From an uncultured Polyangiaceae bacterium (GTDB lineage: Bacteria; Myxococcota_A; Polyangia; Polyangiales; Polyangiaceae): a DNA stretch of 64,000 nucleotides. Numbering within the stretch: the first letter of the stretch is position 1; each line of letters opens with the position of its first letter. The stretch spans positions 21,832 to 85,831 of the forward strand of contig CAYMQT010000002.1 in the NCBI GenBank assembly GCA_964392575.1, in the 5' to 3' direction. Shown piece by piece: positions 53,689-62,878 of the stretch. The position numbers were made by a program, and so were the translations under genes. The notes under the pieces are model-generated. The model worked only from the letters and a program-made list of their open reading frames with translations. It ran no database searches and was not told where the DNA came from.

Positions 53689-54579
53689 ATGATCGAACGC
53701 CTTCACGGAGTCCTCACCGCACTTGTCACCCCCATGAGCGAGGACGCTCGCTCTCTCGACCTCCCGGCATTTGCCGCCTTGTGTCAGCGACAAGTGGAGG
53801 CTGGCATTTCCGGACTTGTTCCCTGCGGCACGACCGGGGAAACCCCCACTCTCTTGGCCAAGGAAATGCAAGAGCTGATCCGGATCGCAGCGGACACGGC
53901 CCAGGGCAGGATCCCTGTCATCGCGGGGACGGCAAACAACGACACCTGGGATACCATTGAACTTTGCAAGGGCGCGGTCGGTGCTGGAGCTGACATGCTG
54001 ATGATCGTCATGCCCTACTACAGCAAGCCTTCTCAGGCCGGCATGCAACGCCATGTGGAACTGATCTCGCGCGCCATCGATGTGCCCGTGATGCTTTACA
54101 ACGTTCCCGGGAGATCGGCGGTTACTCTTTCGGTGGATACGACGATGAGAATTCTCGAAAGTTGCAAAAATGTCATCGCCGTCAAGGACGCGACTGGGAA
54201 TGTGGCGTATTGCTCGGAACTCTTGCGGAGGGCTGGGAATCGTGTGGCCGTTTTGTCAGGAGATGATGGACTCGTCGTTCCGATGATGAGTTTGGGTGCG
54301 CGCGGGGTCGTGAGTGTGACGAGCAACGTCTTCCCGCGGGAGGTGTTGCGAGTGGTTCAGGCGATGGAAAAGGGAGATCTTTTGGAAGCTCGCCGGGAGC
54401 ACTTGCGCCTCTTGCCCGTCCACGAAGCGATGTTTTCTGAGCCCAATCCTCAGCCGGTGAAGGCCGCCGCCGAGATGCGAGGCTGGATGCGGGCTTCCCT
54501 TCGGCCCCCCATGGTCGAGGTGTCCGAGGAGACGAGGGCACATTTGAAGCAGGTCTTCGAGGAGTACCTGGCCCGATGA
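53689..54579 (+). CDS. dapA: 4-hydroxy-tetrahydrodipicolinate synthase
   Basis: LHGVLTALVTPM...GISGLVPCGTTGE...VPVMLYNVPGR. Start taken as ATG 53689 (alternative 53674). The 53290 ORF extension overlaps rsmB and is not credible. Confidence 0.9.
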   Translation: MIERLHGVLTALVTPMSEDARSLDLPAFAALCQRQVEAGISGLVPCGTTGETPTLLAKEMQELIRIAADTAQGRIPVIAGTANNDTWDTIELCKGAVGAGADMLMIVMPYYSKPSQAGMQRHVELISRAIDVPVMLYNVPGRSAVTLSVDTTMRILESCKNVIAVKDATGNVAYCSELLRRAGNRVAVLSGDDGLVVPMMSLGARGVVSVTSNVFPREVLRVVQAMEKGDLLEARREHLRLLPVHEAMFSEPNPQPVKAAAEMRGWMRASLRPPMVEVSEETRAHLKQVFEEYLAR

Positions 54580-55367
54580 AGCTCGCGGTTTTTGGTGCCA
54601 CTGGTCGCATGGGGCTCGCCGTCGTGCGCCTTACCCAGGCCTCTTCCGACCTTCAGTTGGTCGGAGCGATTGCGGCTCCATCCGATCCGCACCTCGACAG
54701 GGATGTCGGCGAGATCGCTGGGGTAGGGCCCATGGGAGTGGCGGTGAGCGCGGATACGGCCGGGGGACTTTTGGGAGCGGACGTCGTGATTGACTTTTCT
54801 ATCGCCCCCGCAGTTCCGGCATTTTTCCGTGCTTGCGAAAAGCAGGGGGTGGCCGTCGTTTCCGGTACGACGAACTTTGACGACGACTGCATGACCGCTT
54901 TGGAATCTCTGGCCAAGAAGGTCCCCGTCGTTTGGGCACCGAACATGAGCCGAGGGGTGCAAGTTCTAGCTGAGGTTGTGGAACATGCCCTGCGCAGACT
55001 GGGAGCCGACTTCGACGTGGAAATCGTGGAGGTGCACCATAGGAGGAAAGTGGATTCTCCGAGCGGTACCGCGGTGCGGCTTGCGGATGCGGCAAAAAAA
55101 GTGCGCTCTTCATTGAGCGAAGTACGCGGACGTGACGGCAACGTGGGTCCGAGACAAGAGCGCGAGCTAGGGTCGTTTGCCGTGCGGGGGGGCGACGTGA
55201 TCGGCGATCACACGGTCCATCTGCTTGGTGACGGTGAGCGGCTCGAGTTGACACACCGAGCCACCAACCGAGATTTGTTCGCGCGCGGTGCGCTCAGCTC
55301 CGCTCGATTCCTCGTAGGAAAACCGCCGGGGCGCTACACTCTGGCGGATGTTTTAGCCGACGCTTGA
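54576..55367 (+). CDS. dapB: 4-hydroxy-tetrahydrodipicolinate reductase
   Basis: MKLAVFGATGRMG and EIVEVHHRRKVDSPSGTA motifs. ATGA overlap with dapA. Confidence 0.9.
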   Translation: MKLAVFGATGRMGLAVVRLTQASSDLQLVGAIAAPSDPHLDRDVGEIAGVGPMGVAVSADTAGGLLGADVVIDFSIAPAVPAFFRACEKQGVAVVSGTTNFDDDCMTALESLAKKVPVVWAPNMSRGVQVLAEVVEHALRRLGADFDVEIVEVHHRRKVDSPSGTAVRLADAAKKVRSSLSEVRGRDGNVGPRQERELGSFAVRGGDVIGDHTVHLLGDGERLELTHRATNRDLFARGALSSARFLVGKPPGRYTLADVLADA

Positions 55368-55400
55368 TCGCGCTTTCGGTTTCGGCCGGGAGATGACTGT

Positions 55401-56573
55401 TCAGGTCTTTTGATCCGAGCTTGGCGAGCCGCTTTCCTCAGTGTCGCCGTCCTTCTCGTCGTTGGTTTCGTCGTCACCCGCGAGGGCGGCGTCTACATCA
55501 GGATCGTAGAGCTTACCTCGGTCCTCGTCGTCCTCGTCGTCGTCCTTGTCCTCGTTGTCGTCCTCGTTGTCGTCCTCGTCCTCGTCGTCCTCGTCCTCGC
55601 TCACATTCTCATTGGGCCAACCTGCCGGCAGTTTTGCCTTGGTGGTCCAGATCACGCCGACGAGTCCGAGGAAGAATCCAGGAATGGAGAGGATCTGTCC
55701 CGTCGTGAGCAGACTCGTTTCCGGGTCTTGTCCCTGGAACTCCTTGAAGAACTCGATGCAGAACCGGCCGGTGAAGTAGACCAGGAAGAAGATAGAAATG
55801 AGGAGGCCGCGCGGGCGCTTTTCTTCCCCGGTCTTCTTGTCGGCAACATAGAGGCACAGAAGGACGAAAAGCCCCAGAAAGACCTCGTAAATCTGTGTGG
55901 GGTAGCGAAGGGGAACCTCTAAGAGATCGGAGCCCCGATCATGACGGGGAAACCGCACACCCCAGGATTGATCGGGGACTTTGCGTCCCACGATCTCAGA
56001 ATTGAAGAAATTTCCCACACGAACCAGGGTCGCTCCAAGCGCCGCTGAGTAGGAGAAGCGGTCCGCACCTTCAAGGAAGGGCACGCCGCGGCGTTTGGTG
56101 AAGATGTACATGGCGATGATGAGACCCACCACCGCGCCGTGACTGGCGAGGCCCCCCGTCCAGATCTCAAGGATCCAGACAGGATCCTGCAGAGCGTGAT
56201 CCAAATCGTAGAACAGCACATGTCCCAGTCGTGAACCGACGAGAACACCGAGCACGCCGTAGACGATAAAATCCCCGGCAACTTCTTCGCCTCCGCCTCC
56301 GCGCTGGATTTGCCAATCGAGGAACGCATATCCACCAAGGAACACGCCTACGAAAAGCATGCTGTAGTAACGCAGCCCGACCGGGTCCGGGAGGTAGCTC
56401 GAGACCAGCAAGAGCAGCGCGCCCAGAAACAAACCAAAGACGGCTAGATCGGTCTGCTTCTTTGCTAGCCCGAAGACAAACATGAGCGCTGCGAGAGCGC
56501 CGATCACCATCAGCAAAGGTTCTTTGGGGATTTCAACGGCGATGGGAGCCAAGTCCCAAGTAAAATTCGGCAC
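55401..56573 (-). CDS. lgt: Prolipoprotein diacylglyceryl transferase with a poly-acidic C-terminal tail
   Basis: Lgt-like multi-TM core (GGLASHGAVVG; RYPTQIYE) followed by a roughly 90-aa D/E-rich tail (EDEDDEDEDDNEDDNEDKDDDEDDED). GTG start. Confidence 0.85.
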   Translation of the reverse strand: MPNFTWDLAPIAVEIPKEPLLMVIGALAALMFVFGLAKKQTDLAVFGLFLGALLLLVSSYLPDPVGLRYYSMLFVGVFLGGYAFLDWQIQRGGGGEEVAGDFIVYGVLGVLVGSRLGHVLFYDLDHALQDPVWILEIWTGGLASHGAVVGLIIAMYIFTKRRGVPFLEGADRFSYSAALGATLVRVGNFFNSEIVGRKVPDQSWGVRFPRHDRGSDLLEVPLRYPTQIYEVFLGLFVLLCLYVADKKTGEEKRPRGLLISIFFLVYFTGRFCIEFFKEFQGQDPETSLLTTGQILSIPGFFLGLVGVIWTTKAKLPAGWPNENVSEDEDDEDEDDNEDDNEDKDDDEDDEDRGKLYDPDVDAALAGDDETNDEKDGDTEESGSPSSDQKT

Positions 56574-56725
56574 GGCGGACCCTTAACACGCGCCCTTACG
56601 CTGGGGCTAGAGCCGAGTCCGTGTTGAGCGTTCTGCCGATAACCCTATGAAATAATGTGGTTTATGCGGATTTTTTGTGGCGCCTCCCGGAGGTGCACCC
56701 TCGGCGCTCGGCCGTGAAGTGGGTT

Positions 56726-57460
56726 CTACGCGCCTGGAATTTCGATTTTGAGTTCGCGAAATTGTTTGGTCACTTCTTCCGCCCAGCCCCGATTGGCGCG
56801 CGGTGAAGCCGGGCTGGGGTGCAGGATGGTTCCAATGTTGAGAGAGGTCCTATTGAGGGAGGCTTCCGAAAGCGCTTCTTCGGCGCGTTTCATGGCGAAG
56901 GCTCCGACACCAATGACCCACTTTGGCTTGAGCGCTTTCACCGTATCCTTGAGGGCGGTGTCACACACGGAAAAGAGTTTTGCTCGGTACGGGTGCAAAA
57001 GCTTGTCGGGGGTCAGGTTCCGACCGCCCTCGTCCATGAAAACGAGCGGGCAATAGTTGACGACGAAGAAGCGAGCGAAGAAGTCCTCAGGGCTGGAGAA
57101 GCGCGAGCGAGCGAATCCCCACAGGCGTGAGCCACTCACCTCGCTGCGCTTGCAGTCAAATCCCGTGATGGGTCGCTTCACGTGTTCGCGCTCTGGGCGT
57201 GAGACAGGTTCGCAAATGCCCATCCAGTCGCGCACCATCGAAACATCGCCGAAAGGAACTCCTGTCTGTGCCATCCCGAAGGGCCCCGGGTTCATTCCAA
57301 GCAAGAGGACCTCTTTTTCTCCTCCTCCATATCGCTTCAAATAGGCCTCATGGGGGCGCCGCGCGTAAGAAAGCGGATTGTACGTGAAGGCCGCCCCGGG
57401 GGCCTTGGGCAGTGCGTCGGACTCCTGGGCGAGGCGCCGGCTGATGCTGACGAGTGACAT
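56726..57460 (-). CDS. SMUG1-family uracil-DNA glycosylase
   Basis: [17 protein letters not shown] and [13 protein letters not shown] match the SMUG1 (UDG family 3) signature motifs. Confidence 0.8.
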   Translation of the reverse strand: MSLVSISRRLAQESDALPKAPGAAFTYNPLSYARRPHEAYLKRYGGGEKEVLLLGMNPGPFGMAQTGVPFGDVSMVRDWMGICEPVSRPEREHVKRPITGFDCKRSEVSGSRLWGFARSRFSSPEDFFARFFVVNYCPLVFMDEGGRNLTPDKLLHPYRAKLFSVCDTALKDTVKALKPKWVIGVGAFAMKRAEEALSEASLNRTSLNIGTILHPSPASPRANRGWAEEVTKQFRELKIEIPGA

Positions 57461-57512
57461 GGCTCTTGTGCTTGCCCGAGGAATCTCCTCGTGTCGACAG
57501 ATTCACTTTTTT

Positions 57513-57589
57513 TGGCTTCTCGGGCGCTCGCCTCACCCATTTGGGGTGGGCGGCGGCGGAGCCCTTGCCAGTGATGAGATGCGCTCTAG
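57513..57589. repeat. Repeat element copy B (partial, inverted relative to copy A) in the thiC leader
   Basis: TGGCTTCTCGGGCGCTCGCCTCACCCATTTGGGGTGGGCGGCGGCGGAGCCCTTGCCAGTGATGAGATGCGCTCTAG aligns to the reverse complement of 24024-24100. The second terminal repeat was not found. Confidence 0.6.
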
Positions 57590-57711
57590 AGTTCCTCCAC
57601 CTGCCCATGACTCACACACTCCCTCTCCGTGGCGCCTCCAACCCTTCCACCCACCGCCTGGGCACGAATCCGGGTTCCTTCGCTGAGGCGCCTGATGTGG
57701 GCGGCGCTCGC

Positions 57712-59376
57712 ATGTATTCGTCTCCGGATACTCCCGGAATGCCGGCGCCAAGCACCAAGACGGCGTGGGACTTCTTGCCCGAGGGCTGGGTTCGGAGCGG
57801 TGCGTTCGCTGAGGCACCCCAGGGGTTCGTCGCGAAGACGCAGCTGGAGCACGCTCGGCTCGGGGTGGTGACTCCTGAGATGCGTCGAGTGGCTGAGCGT
57901 GAGCCGCACCTGACGCCTGAACAGGTTCGCGATGAAGTAGCTGCGGGCAGAATGATCATCCCGGCCAATCATCGTCACTTGGCGGGAAAGCTGGATCCGA
58001 TGTGCATCGGCCGAGCCGCCAAGACGAAGGTCAACGCCAACATGGGAGCCTCCCCCGTTTCCTCGGGTCTGCGCGAAGAAGTGGAGAAGCTTGAGTGGGC
58101 CGTCCGCTGGGGCGGTGACACCGTCATGGATCTGTCGACGGGCGGCGATCTCGACGCCACCCGGAGCGCGATCCTTTCCAATTCTACGGTGCCCATCGGA
58201 ACCGTACCCATCTATTCGATGATCATCGGGAAGAAGATCGAGGAGCTCGACCGCGAACTCATTCTTTCTACGTTGAAGCACCAGGCAGAGCAGGGGGTGG
58301 ACTATTTCACCATCCATGCGGGGGTGCTTCGGCAGCACCTACCTCATGTGAAGGAGCGTCTCATCGGCATCGTCAGTCGTGGGGGCTCCCTTTTGGCGAA
58401 ATGGATGCTTGTGCATGACAAGGAAAACCCGATGTACACCTTGTTCGACGAAATCTGTGACGTGATGCGCGAGTATGACGTGTCCTTTTCCCTCGGCGAT
58501 GGTTTGCGTCCGGGTGGCCTAGCGGATGCGTCGGATCGAGCGCAGCTGGGCGAACTCACGGTGCTCGGAGAGCTGACGGAGAAGGCCTGGCGCAAGGGCT
58601 GTCAGGTGATGGTCGAAGGACCCGGGCATGTGCCCTTCGATCAGATCGAATACAATATGAAACTGCAGCGGACCCTCTGCCATGGTGCTCCGTTTTATGT
58701 GCTCGGCCCGCTCGTGACGGACATCTTTCCAGGGTATGATCACATCACGAGCTGCATCGGAGCGACTGCGGCAGGCTTCCACGGGGCCAGCATGCTTTGC
58801 TACGTCACGCCGAAAGAGCACCTTGGTCTGCCCAAAAAGGACGATGTCAAACAGGGGTGCATCGCCTACAAGATCGCCGCTCACGCGGCTGATGTCGCTT
58901 TGGGTATCCCTGGCTCCCGTGACCGCGATGATGAACTCACCAAGGCCCGAGCCGCTCTCAACTGGGAGAAGCACTTCGAGCTATCCTTTGATCCGGACAC
59001 GGCGCGCGCCTTTCACGATGAAGACTTGGATGTCGACACCGACTTTTGTGCCATGTGCGGCCATGACTGGTGCTCGGTCCGTATTTCCAAGGAGATTGTG
59101 GAGTTTCACAGCGGGAAGGATGAAGCCTTTCAGCGCACCCGCGCCCTCAAGAGCCCGGCGCTGACGGACGAACAGCGAGAGATCCTTGAAAAGCGGGGGG
59201 TTCTTTCTCCTGAGGAGATCCACAAGCTGGCTCAGAAGACGAAGAAAGCCGTGGGGGCGCAGGAGGACCGCGCCTCCTGTCATTCTGACTACGTGGACGA
59301 CTCGACGGCTCAGAACATTCAGAGGGACCGGCTTGTTCAGCTTCGGAGTAAGGGCGGCCCGACGGCCGCGGAATAA
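57712..59376 (+). CDS. thiC: Phosphomethylpyrimidine synthase ThiC
   Basis: Radical-SAM ThiC core ([15 protein letters not shown]...VNANMGASP...TIHAGV...C-terminal [10 protein letters not shown] cluster). Start is ATG 57712 or 57739. The 57454 ORF opening overlaps the divergent UDG gene and contains the repeat element. Confidence 0.9.
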   Translation: MYSSPDTPGMPAPSTKTAWDFLPEGWVRSGAFAEAPQGFVAKTQLEHARLGVVTPEMRRVAEREPHLTPEQVRDEVAAGRMIIPANHRHLAGKLDPMCIGRAAKTKVNANMGASPVSSGLREEVEKLEWAVRWGGDTVMDLSTGGDLDATRSAILSNSTVPIGTVPIYSMIIGKKIEELDRELILSTLKHQAEQGVDYFTIHAGVLRQHLPHVKERLIGIVSRGGSLLAKWMLVHDKENPMYTLFDEICDVMREYDVSFSLGDGLRPGGLADASDRAQLGELTVLGELTEKAWRKGCQVMVEGPGHVPFDQIEYNMKLQRTLCHGAPFYVLGPLVTDIFPGYDHITSCIGATAAGFHGASMLCYVTPKEHLGLPKKDDVKQGCIAYKIAAHAADVALGIPGSRDRDDELTKARAALNWEKHFELSFDPDTARAFHDEDLDVDTDFCAMCGHDWCSVRISKEIVEFHSGKDEAFQRTRALKSPALTDEQREILEKRGVLSPEEIHKLAQKTKKAVGAQEDRASCHSDYVDDSTAQNIQRDRLVQLRSKGGPTAAE

Positions 59377-59401
59377 TCCGACGTCAAAATATTGTGGTGA
59401 G

Positions 59402-59423
59402 GAGGATTTCGGCATAAATCCTC
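59402..59423 (+). promoter_or_regulatory. Hairpin sequestering the Shine-Dalgarno sequence of the downstream OMP gene
   Basis: GAGGATTT-CGGCAT-AAATCCTC (8-bp stem). The 5' arm is part of GAGGAGG and the hairpin ends 3 nt before ATG 59427. Confidence 0.3.
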
Positions 59424-59426
59424 TCC

Positions 59427-59993
59427 ATGGGTATTCAAAGTAAGGGGATTCTCGCAGCGCTTGCCTGCGTGTTGGCTATCACGTTTGCTCCGGTTTCCGC
59501 CCACGCGGTAAAGCCTGTATCCAAGGGGACCTTCGCGCTTTCCGCGGAGCGCCTCGTGGCGAGCAACCTTGTTTTTTATCCGGGTGGGCCCGGCTGGTTC
59601 AATCAGATTCTTGGAGCCCCCGGGGTCCAGACACCGATCGATACGCCGCGACTGGGGGCGGACTACTTCATCATCGATGGTCTCTCGTTGGGCGGGCATG
59701 TGGGCATCGGCCTCTATGTCAACAACAACACTCAGGGCTATCTCGCTCTCGTACCGAGGGTGGGCTATGCGTTTTCCCTGACGGACAAGATCGACTTTTG
59801 GCCGCGCTTGGGGGCTGGGTTCCTGGTGTTCGGGAATGCCACGATCGGACTTCTGGAAGCGGAGGGCATGTTCCTGTTCAATCTCAAGAAGTACTTTGCC
59901 ATCGAGTTCGGACCCGCGCTCTCGGTTCCTTTCGGTGATTCGGGTGTCGACGCCGTACTGGGCGCAAATGCCGGGTTCGTCGTGAAGTTCTGA
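59427..59993 (+). CDS. Small outer-membrane beta-barrel protein candidate
   Basis: Signal peptide (ILAALACVLAITFAPVSAHA), alternating beta-strand pattern and a C-terminal aromatic residue (GFVVKF). Confidence 0.55.
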   Translation: MGIQSKGILAALACVLAITFAPVSAHAVKPVSKGTFALSAERLVASNLVFYPGGPGWFNQILGAPGVQTPIDTPRLGADYFIIDGLSLGGHVGIGLYVNNNTQGYLALVPRVGYAFSLTDKIDFWPRLGAGFLVFGNATIGLLEAEGMFLFNLKKYFAIEFGPALSVPFGDSGVDAVLGANAGFVVKF

Positions 59994-60020
59994 ATCGAGG
60001 GAATCCCTCGAAAAGCTGAA

Positions 60021-60054
60021 AAGGCGTCCCGGCGAGGGACGCCTTTTCTGTTTT
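60021..60054. terminator. Bidirectional rho-independent terminator between convergent genes
   Basis: AAGGCGTCCC-GGCGA-GGGACGCCTT (10-bp stem), flanked by an A-run upstream and a T-rich tract downstream. Confidence 0.65.
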
Positions 60055-60089
60055 GGGCTCGGCTGCTTTTTAAGGTTTGCTGTGTTCTT

Positions 60090-60314
60090 TCAATGAAGAT
60101 CTCGTTCGAGAGCTTCGCCCAGGGCCGCAGCGATGAGCGCGTCCTGCTCTTCGCGAGGGAGCTGTTCGAGTTCTTCAGGCAGCAGTTCGCGGGGCAGGCG
60201 ATAGTTTCCGTCGAGCCAGTTGGCGAGATCCAGCTTTTTGCAGCGAGGGGAGCAGAACGGGCGCACCTCGGGGTCACAGCCTATGACCGATTTCTTGCAG
60301 ATGGGGCAGTTCAT
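60090..60314 (-). CDS. yacG: DNA gyrase inhibitor YacG (zinc finger)
   Basis: CPICKK...RPFCSPRCKKLDLANWL is the YacG zinc-ribbon pattern. Confidence 0.75.
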   Translation of the reverse strand: MNCPICKKSVIGCDPEVRPFCSPRCKKLDLANWLDGNYRLPRELLPEELEQLPREEQDALIAAALGEALERDLH

Positions 60315-60327
60315 TTCGCATACGCTC

Positions 60328-61191
60328 CTAGTTTTCTCGCAGTAGTCCTCTCAGCCGGACGGGCTGAATCGCGTAGTCCTTCAGGCAGTAGTCGCAAGTG
60401 ATCTCCACGGGGTTCCCGTCGTCGACCATGGATTGAATTTCAGTACGATCAAGAGTGGCCAGGGCGCCGAGAAGGCGATCTTCTGAGCACCAGCATGAGA
60501 ACGAGAGCGGTGAGGCATTGAGTTCCGTAAAAGGCATTCCATAGAGCAGTTCGTCTCTGAGCCATTCAGGAGAAAAGTTCTCGTCCGCGACGAGAGCGCG
60601 GATCTCCGGAAAGTCTTCCAAACGTTGGGCCATCACGGCGAGGGGAGAGCGCCCCACCTCAGGCAAGAGTTGTACCAGATAGCCACCGGCCGCCGTGACC
60701 ACCCCTTTTTCAGAAACGATCGTTCCCACCGCCAACATCGTGTCGACTTGTTCGGAGTCTCGCATGTACGCCATCATGCCCTCACTGATCGTATCTCCGA
60801 AATTCACCCGTACGATGCCTTGATTGATGCTCCCGTTGGGGAGAGTTCGCATCATCTGCAGGAGCGCCTCTCCGGACATGTGGTCTCCGGGGGCCTTGCC
60901 CTTCTGCAAGAGCCCGCGAGTGGCGCCTTCGGGGGCGGAGTCAGCGACAAGGGTGCCGAATCCCTTGGGGTCTCGCAAGATCCCTTGGACTCTCAGGTGC
61001 GGGGACATGGTTTCGCGGAAGAGCGCGGTTGCTGTGAGTAGATCTCCGAGGGCGTGCGCGGCACTTCCGGACGCGGCCTGAATGCGGCACACGTCGGCCA
61101 CCATTTGCGTGGAGCGGACGGTCACCACTCGGAAAGCACCGTCGTTGGTCATCGCGCGAACGCTTCGGTCTCGGTCGGTTGGAATCGTCAC
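60328..61191 (-). CDS. hslO: Redox-regulated chaperone Hsp33
   Basis: Hsp33 fold length and the C-terminal zinc centre (CWCS...CDYC). Confidence 0.9.
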   Translation of the reverse strand: MTIPTDRDRSVRAMTNDGAFRVVTVRSTQMVADVCRIQAASGSAAHALGDLLTATALFRETMSPHLRVQGILRDPKGFGTLVADSAPEGATRGLLQKGKAPGDHMSGEALLQMMRTLPNGSINQGIVRVNFGDTISEGMMAYMRDSEQVDTMLAVGTIVSEKGVVTAAGGYLVQLLPEVGRSPLAVMAQRLEDFPEIRALVADENFSPEWLRDELLYGMPFTELNASPLSFSCWCSEDRLLGALATLDRTEIQSMVDDGNPVEITCDYCLKDYAIQPVRLRGLLREN

Positions 61192-61275
61192 GGGCTCCGA
61201 CTGCCTATCACACTCGAACCAGAGGGGTAGGCGGCCTCGCGTCCCCTTTGCCTGAACCTTTTTGCCTGAACGAAG

Positions 61276-61309
61276 AAAAGGCGGTACCCGGCTGAGGGCA
61301 CCGCCTTTT
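61276..61309 (-). terminator. Rho-independent terminator after the PA14 gene
   Basis: AAAAGGCGGTACCC-GGCTGA-GGGCACCGCCTTTT (14-bp stem with one mismatch). T-run on the minus-strand transcript. Confidence 0.6.
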
Positions 61310-61328
61310 CGATACGGAGATTCCTTGC

Positions 61329-62759
61329 TCAGCGGACTGAGAAGATCCCCTCTTTTCCACCGGGTGGAGTTGCGTAGAGCTGCAGATTGATGAGGAAGCG
61401 AGGTCCCTGGAAATATTCAAGAACCATCACGTGGTCCCCCGCCGTAAGATGAACGCTTCCGCTTTTCTCTTCCGGAGGATGGGTGCCATCGTTGTCGATG
61501 ACCAATTTCCCATCAATGTACAGCTTGGCGCCGTCATCACTCGAAATCCGAAACTTGTAGGTTCCTGCTTTTGCGACTCCGAAACTACCCGAATAGCGGA
61601 TGGCAAACCACTCGAAGTAGTCCGCCACACCAGGGAATCCTGTGTCGAACTTGCGCGTCGGGATGTCCCATTCACAAGCATAGAGCACGCTGATTTCTTC
61701 TCGGGCGTCCCAGTCTGTGGGGAGTTTTTGCGTCTGAGACGCGAGGGGGTAGACGAGACCTTCAAAACAGCCGCGGATCGGATCCTCGTAGCCGAAGGCA
61801 TTTTCCGGAGCCTCGTCCGGAGGATCAATGACCTCGACCTCGACCTCTTCTTCGGGCTGAGCGGGATCTGGCTCGACTTCAACGACGGGTGGCTTGACCT
61901 TCTTGTCGGCGTTGGCTTTCTTGTCGGCTTCAGCCTTCTTGTCGGCTTCAGCCTTTTTGTCGGCGTCGGCCTTCTTGTCGGCGTCGGCCTTCTTGTCGGC
62001 TTCAGCCTTTTTGTCGGCTTCGGCCTTCTTGTCGGCTTCAGCCTTCTTGTCGGCGTCGGCCTTCTTGTCGGCGTCGGCCTTTTTGTCGGCTTCAGCCTTT
62101 TTGTCGGCTTCAGCCTTCTTGTCGGCGGACGTCTTCCCGTCAGCTTTTCCGTCGGCCTTTCCGTTGGCACTCCCGCTCGCTGAGACGCTGGCACTACCCT
62201 TGCCCTTGATCTGGTAGCGGTTGGTCGTGGAGAGGCGAATGGAGATCTTCTTTTTGGTTGAGCTAGAGCTGCTGCCCTTGGCATCAGCACTCGCGTTGGC
62301 TTTGGCATCGGCCTTCACTTTGGCAGTGATGTCGGCCAGGGGGTTGACGTAGCCGCCAGCGTTGCCTTTCGCGCTCGCGTTGGCGTTGCCTTTTGCGCTA
62401 CCGTCAAACCGGACGAGTCCTCCGCGAATGACAAAGCGCGCACGGAACTGATCGGAACTCTTGGCGCGTCCGATCCCTTGAGCGCGAGCCTTGGTTCTGA
62501 AGATGAGTTTGAGGTCGGTGGCCATTTTGGCAGAGGCTTTGGCGTTGGCTTTGGCGCGAGCCTTGGTTTTGGCTTTGGCTTTGGCCTCGGCTTTGGCGTT
62601 CGCGTTCGCGTTCGCGTTCGCGTTCGCCTTTCCATCTCCTGAAGACTTCGCCGATCCAGAGGCATGGAACGTACATGCCGGCAGGAGGGCTGCCATAAAC
62701 AGGCTGAACAGGATGATTGAAAGCGGTCTCGGCCGCGGCTCTTTGGGTTTGAAATTCAT
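61329..62759 (-). CDS. Secreted lipoprotein with Lys/Ala/Asp/Glu repeats and a C-terminal PA14 domain
   Basis: Start placed at ATG 62759, preceded by AGGAGAGAGG, giving the signal LSIILFSLFMAALLPAC. Contains (KKA[ED]AD)n repeats and a PA14-like C-terminus (FAIRYSGSFGVAKAGTYKFRISSDDGAKLYIDGKLVIDNDG). Confidence 0.75.
   Translation of the reverse strand: MNFKPKEPRPRPLSIILFSLFMAALLPACTFHASGSAKSSGDGKANANANANANAKAEAKAKAKTKARAKANAKASAKMATDLKLIFRTKARAQGIGRAKSSDQFRARFVIRGGLVRFDGSAKGNANASAKGNAGGYVNPLADITAKVKADAKANASADAKGSSSSSTKKKISIRLSTTNRYQIKGKGSASVSASGSANGKADGKADGKTSADKKAEADKKAEADKKADADKKADADKKAEADKKAEADKKAEADKKADADKKADADKKAEADKKAEADKKANADKKVKPPVVEVEPDPAQPEEEVEVEVIDPPDEAPENAFGYEDPIRGCFEGLVYPLASQTQKLPTDWDAREEISVLYACEWDIPTRKFDTGFPGVADYFEWFAIRYSGSFGVAKAGTYKFRISSDDGAKLYIDGKLVIDNDGTHPPEEKSGSVHLTAGDHVMVLEYFQGPRFLINLQLYATPPGGKEGIFSVR
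61900..62126. repeat. About 12.5 tandem 18-bp units (CTTCTTGTCGGCTTCAGC and variants), coding on the minus strand
   Basis: Read directly. They encode KKAEAD/KKADAD hexapeptides. A separate 5x6-bp GCGTTC run at 62596-62625 encodes ANANAN. Confidence 0.9.
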
Positions 62760-62878
62760 GGGTTTGCCTCTCTCCTGAAATGGGGGCCCACTGTAGTACG
62801 GGACCCGGCGTCTTTGACTTCCCCGGCCTCTTTGAGCCAAAAAAGAGGGTTTAAGTGTTTTTGGGGTGCTCTGAGGGC

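Noticed and set aside
57590-57760. TPP riboswitch upstream of thiC.
   Set aside because: Only isolated fragments resembling CUGAGA, CCUGAU and the P5 loop are present, and I could not assemble the P2/P3/P4/P5 helices by hand. It needs a cmsearch with RF00059 and is reported as an open question rather than as a feature.
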